NCBI GenBank assembly: GCA_964106645.2
Contig: OZ067044.1
Origin: Podarcis pityusensis
Lineage: Eukaryota
DNA: 64,000 nucleotides
Direction: 5' to 3' (one strand)
Below, piece after piece: positions 60,129 to 64,000 of this stretch. The notes under the pieces are model-generated. The model searched no databases, had not been told where the DNA came from, and saw only the letters and a program-made list of their open reading frames with translations. The first letter of the stretch is position 1. Each line of letters opens with the position of its first letter. The position numbers were made by a program, and so were the translations under genes.

Positions 60129-63100
60129 GTGGGGGACACAATTAGTGATGGTATATTCTTGCAAAGTTTAGCTGCATTTAAGTCATCTATGTGTGGGGCA
60201 CTACTATACAAGAAGTAAAATACTAAGTTTTCTCATTACAAGAAAAAAGAGACCTAACAATTTCCGAAGTGTTTCAGCCTCCTCTGTTAAACTCACTTAT
60301 TACAGAGTAAGCCCCATTGTTCAATGTAGGGCTACCCACTGAGGAAACATGCATAGGATTGTAATGTTGCTGTGATATAAAAGGTCTGGCACTGCACAGA
60401 ATACCTTCCCTATGAATTTTCATGCATTTTGTCGTTGTTCAGATTTTGTCTCTGCTAAGCTTTTTGCTTGGTTTTGAATATTAAGTACTTCAATATAAAG
60501 TACCTGAACAGGTAACATAGGGGGTTTCTTTTCTGTGTAGCATATATGACTCATACAACACCTGCACAAATAAGGTGACTTAGTTTACATAATTCTCCGT
60601 AAAAAGTGCTTCACTTACAAAGAAGAAAAGCAACTGCAACTAAAATAGTTTTACACTCGGTTGTTTATTTATTTTTTACCCTTGTCATTCAGTACTATTA
60701 TAAGGCCATTAAGATTAACGGCTCAAATGTGATTATTTTCTTTTAACCATAGATCAGACTGCCAGAATATAAACATATTTTTAGCTGAAACAAAAGTTTT
60801 CCCCAACTGTCTCGTTTTTATTTCGTATGAGAGAACAGTTATTGTTTTCTCACTCACACAGACCCCTTTAAAAACATTATGCATAGCTGCTGCTATCACA
60901 GTAAAATTATTTACAGCATCAGATATCATTTAAAGAGATAGCTAAGGGGACTGTAGCCTCAGCGAGGAACTTTCTAGAAAGGAACCCTATAAATTAGCCA
61001 TTGCTCAGGAGTGGCTGTTTTCTAGTCAGGGCTGGTCCTTTCATTTGTCTACATAAGGCTAATTTATTTTTGCAGCCAGATGTGAGCTGACAGCCATCAC
61101 TCAGAGTTTCCTTCCCCCACTGTTAGGAGGTCGGGAAAACAGTCACGTTTCCNNNNNNNNNNNNNNNNNNNNNNNNNNNNNNNNNNNNNNNNNNNNNNNN
61201 NNNNNNNNNNNNNNNNNNNNNNNNNNNNNNNNNNNNNNNNNNNNNNNNNNNNNNNNNNNNNNNNNNNNNNNNNNNNNNNNNNNNNNNNNNNNNNNNNNNN
61301 NNNNNNNNNNNNNNNNNNNNNNNNGGATCCATGAACTTTAATGGATGGATGCTTTTTCAAAGCTCCACTCACTACAGCATGATTTACTTTTCTTACAGAA
61401 AGGAAACAAGCATTTCAGTTTTAAAGGGCCAGCATGCCTTCTTGTCTCCTTTTGTGGATCCTTCATAGAAACATCAAAGGCTTACAGCTGAGACACAAAT
61501 AGAGTGATTGAATATGAATTTTACATGTATGCAATTAATCCTAGCTTAAATATATCATCATAAGAGACATTAAATGAGGTGCACTCAAGGCTTTTGTTTG
61601 CTTGGGCCTTTAGTCACATGGCTGCTGAAGTGCTGCAGCCTAGCTGTATTCTGTATGAGATATCATGAAATTCTGGTAGCATTAAATATAACCTGATAAC
61701 CAGTGTGTCATATTGTGAAAGCTTTCTATATCAAATGGAGTCTAAAACATACAGTTGCACGTTGCTTGAAGTGTCCTATTGATATGAACCAACTATTGAC
61801 ACTCAGTTGTCCAGCATGGCAGTACATCTTTTGATACATAAAATGTGGCAAAATGAAGGTTTTTTTTTTAAAAATAACCTAATTTTATTGAGATTTTTTT
61901 GCAATGTATAGTAAATCATTCTTATTGCCATATGCCCATATGGTATTACTGCAAAAAAGAAAAAAAGAGAGAGGTCTGATCTGTGTGCAATGTTAAGTTG
62001 ATAGCAATTTGTGGTGTTTGTACATTATATTGGTTGATACCAATGGCAGGGGGTTAGGATCATTTCCTTGCTTCCCAGCCTCCTTTCCTATTCACTGCAA
62101 ATTCTCATCATTCCGAACCATAATTTGCTGGTACATCCATATTGAAGTTAGCCATAGTTCCTAATTTGGAATTTGTAACCCGCTTCAAATCAGTTTTTCA
62201 AATGTTAGGTGGGAATGTTTGCATTAACTGCAGTTAATGACATTGGATGGTGAACCATGGTTAAGTGCTGTGGGGAAAGGGTGGGGAAATCCATGCTTGA
62301 GAGGGGAGGACCTGGGGGGAAAGGGCATTATAGTCCTACCACCTGCAGTCAATCCTATAACCATGGTTAAGGCCTGGCTTGTATTACATATATGCTGGTC
62401 TTGGAAGTACTTTCTCACTTTTTCAGGTGAAGCTTGCAATGGTGCGTAAAGCACGATGATGCAGTTCTGCTTAGAGTGTTGTTACCAACTCGTTGTTCTA
62501 GAACTTTCATTAAGTTCGTAACAACGTAATTTATATTTCAAAATGCAGTCGTTTTAAATTTTGTAATGTTGTTTGTGCTTAAAACTAATTTAACCTTTCT
62601 GTAAATATTTAGCTAAATTGTAGAATATGAGCAATCTGGTGAACCAAAGAATAGCATGTATGGCATGAGTACAGATGATGGGGTAAAGAATGATTTCTGA
62701 AAATGAAGGCATCAGGGGATCTTGGTAATGTGATGCTATGGACCCAGGAGAGGCTTGCTCTACTGATTGCTCTGGATGCTTTTTATGCTTCACAAAAATG
62801 GCTACTGTTGGGTTCATTATGAGGCCTTCCAGATTTGGTTTTGAGCAGATAAATTTTTTACATCGGAAATAAAATGGGCATGAGGTAACTAACTGGAGGG
62901 TGTCTCATCATGTTCTATAGATTTCATTCTCCAGTTCGTAGAGATCAGCTTCTAGTTGTGTAGTAGGCAAACATCTATTAGTGAGTAGTCTTTCTAAATA
63001 ATAATCGTAAGCTACGTTTTTGACTCGTCTGCTGCTGTTGAATTAGTTCCATTTTACAGTTTACTGTTTTGATGATTTGATATTCTTAATACGTTTTGGT

Positions 63101-63228
63101 GGCTGCTTTGAGTGAGTAACTTTTTTAGGACCAAAAATTCAGGATTGGAATGATCCTATAAATAATAAATGTCTGGAAAACCCAATACTTCATAATATAC
63201 AGGCCGTAATAGGCATTGGAATATCTTC

Positions 63229-63428
63229 TTTTTAACCCTAAAAACAAGGTGTAAGCTTGGTTTTAAGAGAAAGAATATAAAACATTAATGAAAGTTTTGT
63301 GCAACCAGAATTAACTTTTTTCTAACCTTGAAAAACAAAACAAGGTGTAAGCTTGGTATTAAACTCAAAGTTAAAAGAGAGAGAAATAATATAAAACATT
63401 AATGAAAGTTTTGTGGAAGCAGAATTAA
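63229..63428. repeat. Local imperfect tandem duplication (~86 + ~113 nt)
   Basis: aaaacaaggtgtaagcttggt and aatataaaacattaatgaaagttttgtg...cagaattaa each occur twice, in order. Confidence 0.85.
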
Positions 63429-64000
63429 AATCAGCAACAAAAATAAAAACAATTAAGAGCATCTGTTTTAGAATGCTTATCAGTTCTGTTTATAACAAAC
63501 GAAGAAAATCCATTATCTGCAACAATAAGGGGAATTTCCTTTTCCAAATGTTGATTTACTTGCAGAAGTGTGATCTTGCATTTAGATATTTTTGGCAACT
63601 AATGTTCCTCTCTGGTGTTTGACATTATAATTTCAGGGATACCAGTCTGCATTCTGAGCAGTTTATAGCCTACTTCACAACGCAGTTACGACGAGGGGTT
63701 GGCATCTAAACTAATTTAGACACTTTCTCTGATAGGGAACCCACAGATAGCATGATCTACAACACACTTAAGCCAATGTTATTTGATTTTAGCCTATATG
63801 CTCCAGTATTTAATACATTTTGGAAATAATAGCATTGAGTTTAATATGCTCATAATTGTGTCCACCTATGGCAATTACAAGGGAAATGGCAATCTGGTTG
63901 TGGTGGCATGTTGCCAAAGGCTGAGTTCAGCACATGGTGACAGGTGCACACAACCAGCTTGGGTAAAATAGCCACTAGGCTTTTTCACTGCCACCAGATG

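Larger units (their letters stand above)
41046..64000 (+). other. TSHZ1: TSHZ1 intron 1 (continues beyond the window)
   Basis: Follows the GT donor at 41046. No long ORF resembling the large zinc-finger/homeobox exon 2 occurs in the rest of the window. Confidence 0.85.

Noticed and set aside
3757-61372. Long ORFs containing X-runs (e.g. 24361-25011, 47739-48497)
   Set aside because: Artefacts of translating through N-blocks.

Overview
Vertebrate genomic DNA from a squamate, probably a lacertid lizard (inferred from the SINE/LINE/MITE/LTR repertoire), covering the ZADH2(PTGR3)-TSHZ1 head-to-head locus. PTGR3/ZADH2 is complete on the minus strand in two coding exons (37232-36934 and 29750-28826, 407 aa), with an Arg-rich N-terminal extension and a C-terminal SKL. 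On the plus strand lies the 40-nt first coding exon of TSHZ1 (41006-41045, MPRRKQQAPRRSA), followed by more than 22 kb of intron 1; exon 2 is outside the window. The first ~27 kb is non-coding and TE-rich: four copies of one Tc1/mariner-type MITE, Tc2/pogo-like MITEs, two solo LTRs, CR1 and L2 fragments, and two tRNA-derived SINEs. The 28-45 kb core has three CpG islands and almost no TEs. Nine N-blocks (132-444 nt) sit in unique, homeobox-motif-rich sequence. The most notable leads are an out-of-frame 19-Gly uORF overlapping the TSHZ1 start codon, a probable mitochondrial plus peroxisomal dual-targeting design of PTGR3, several Pbx-Hox+Meis motif clusters, and a miRNA-sized hairpin at 18.6 kb. 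No wholly new biological system can be demonstrated from sequence alone; these are testable hypotheses.
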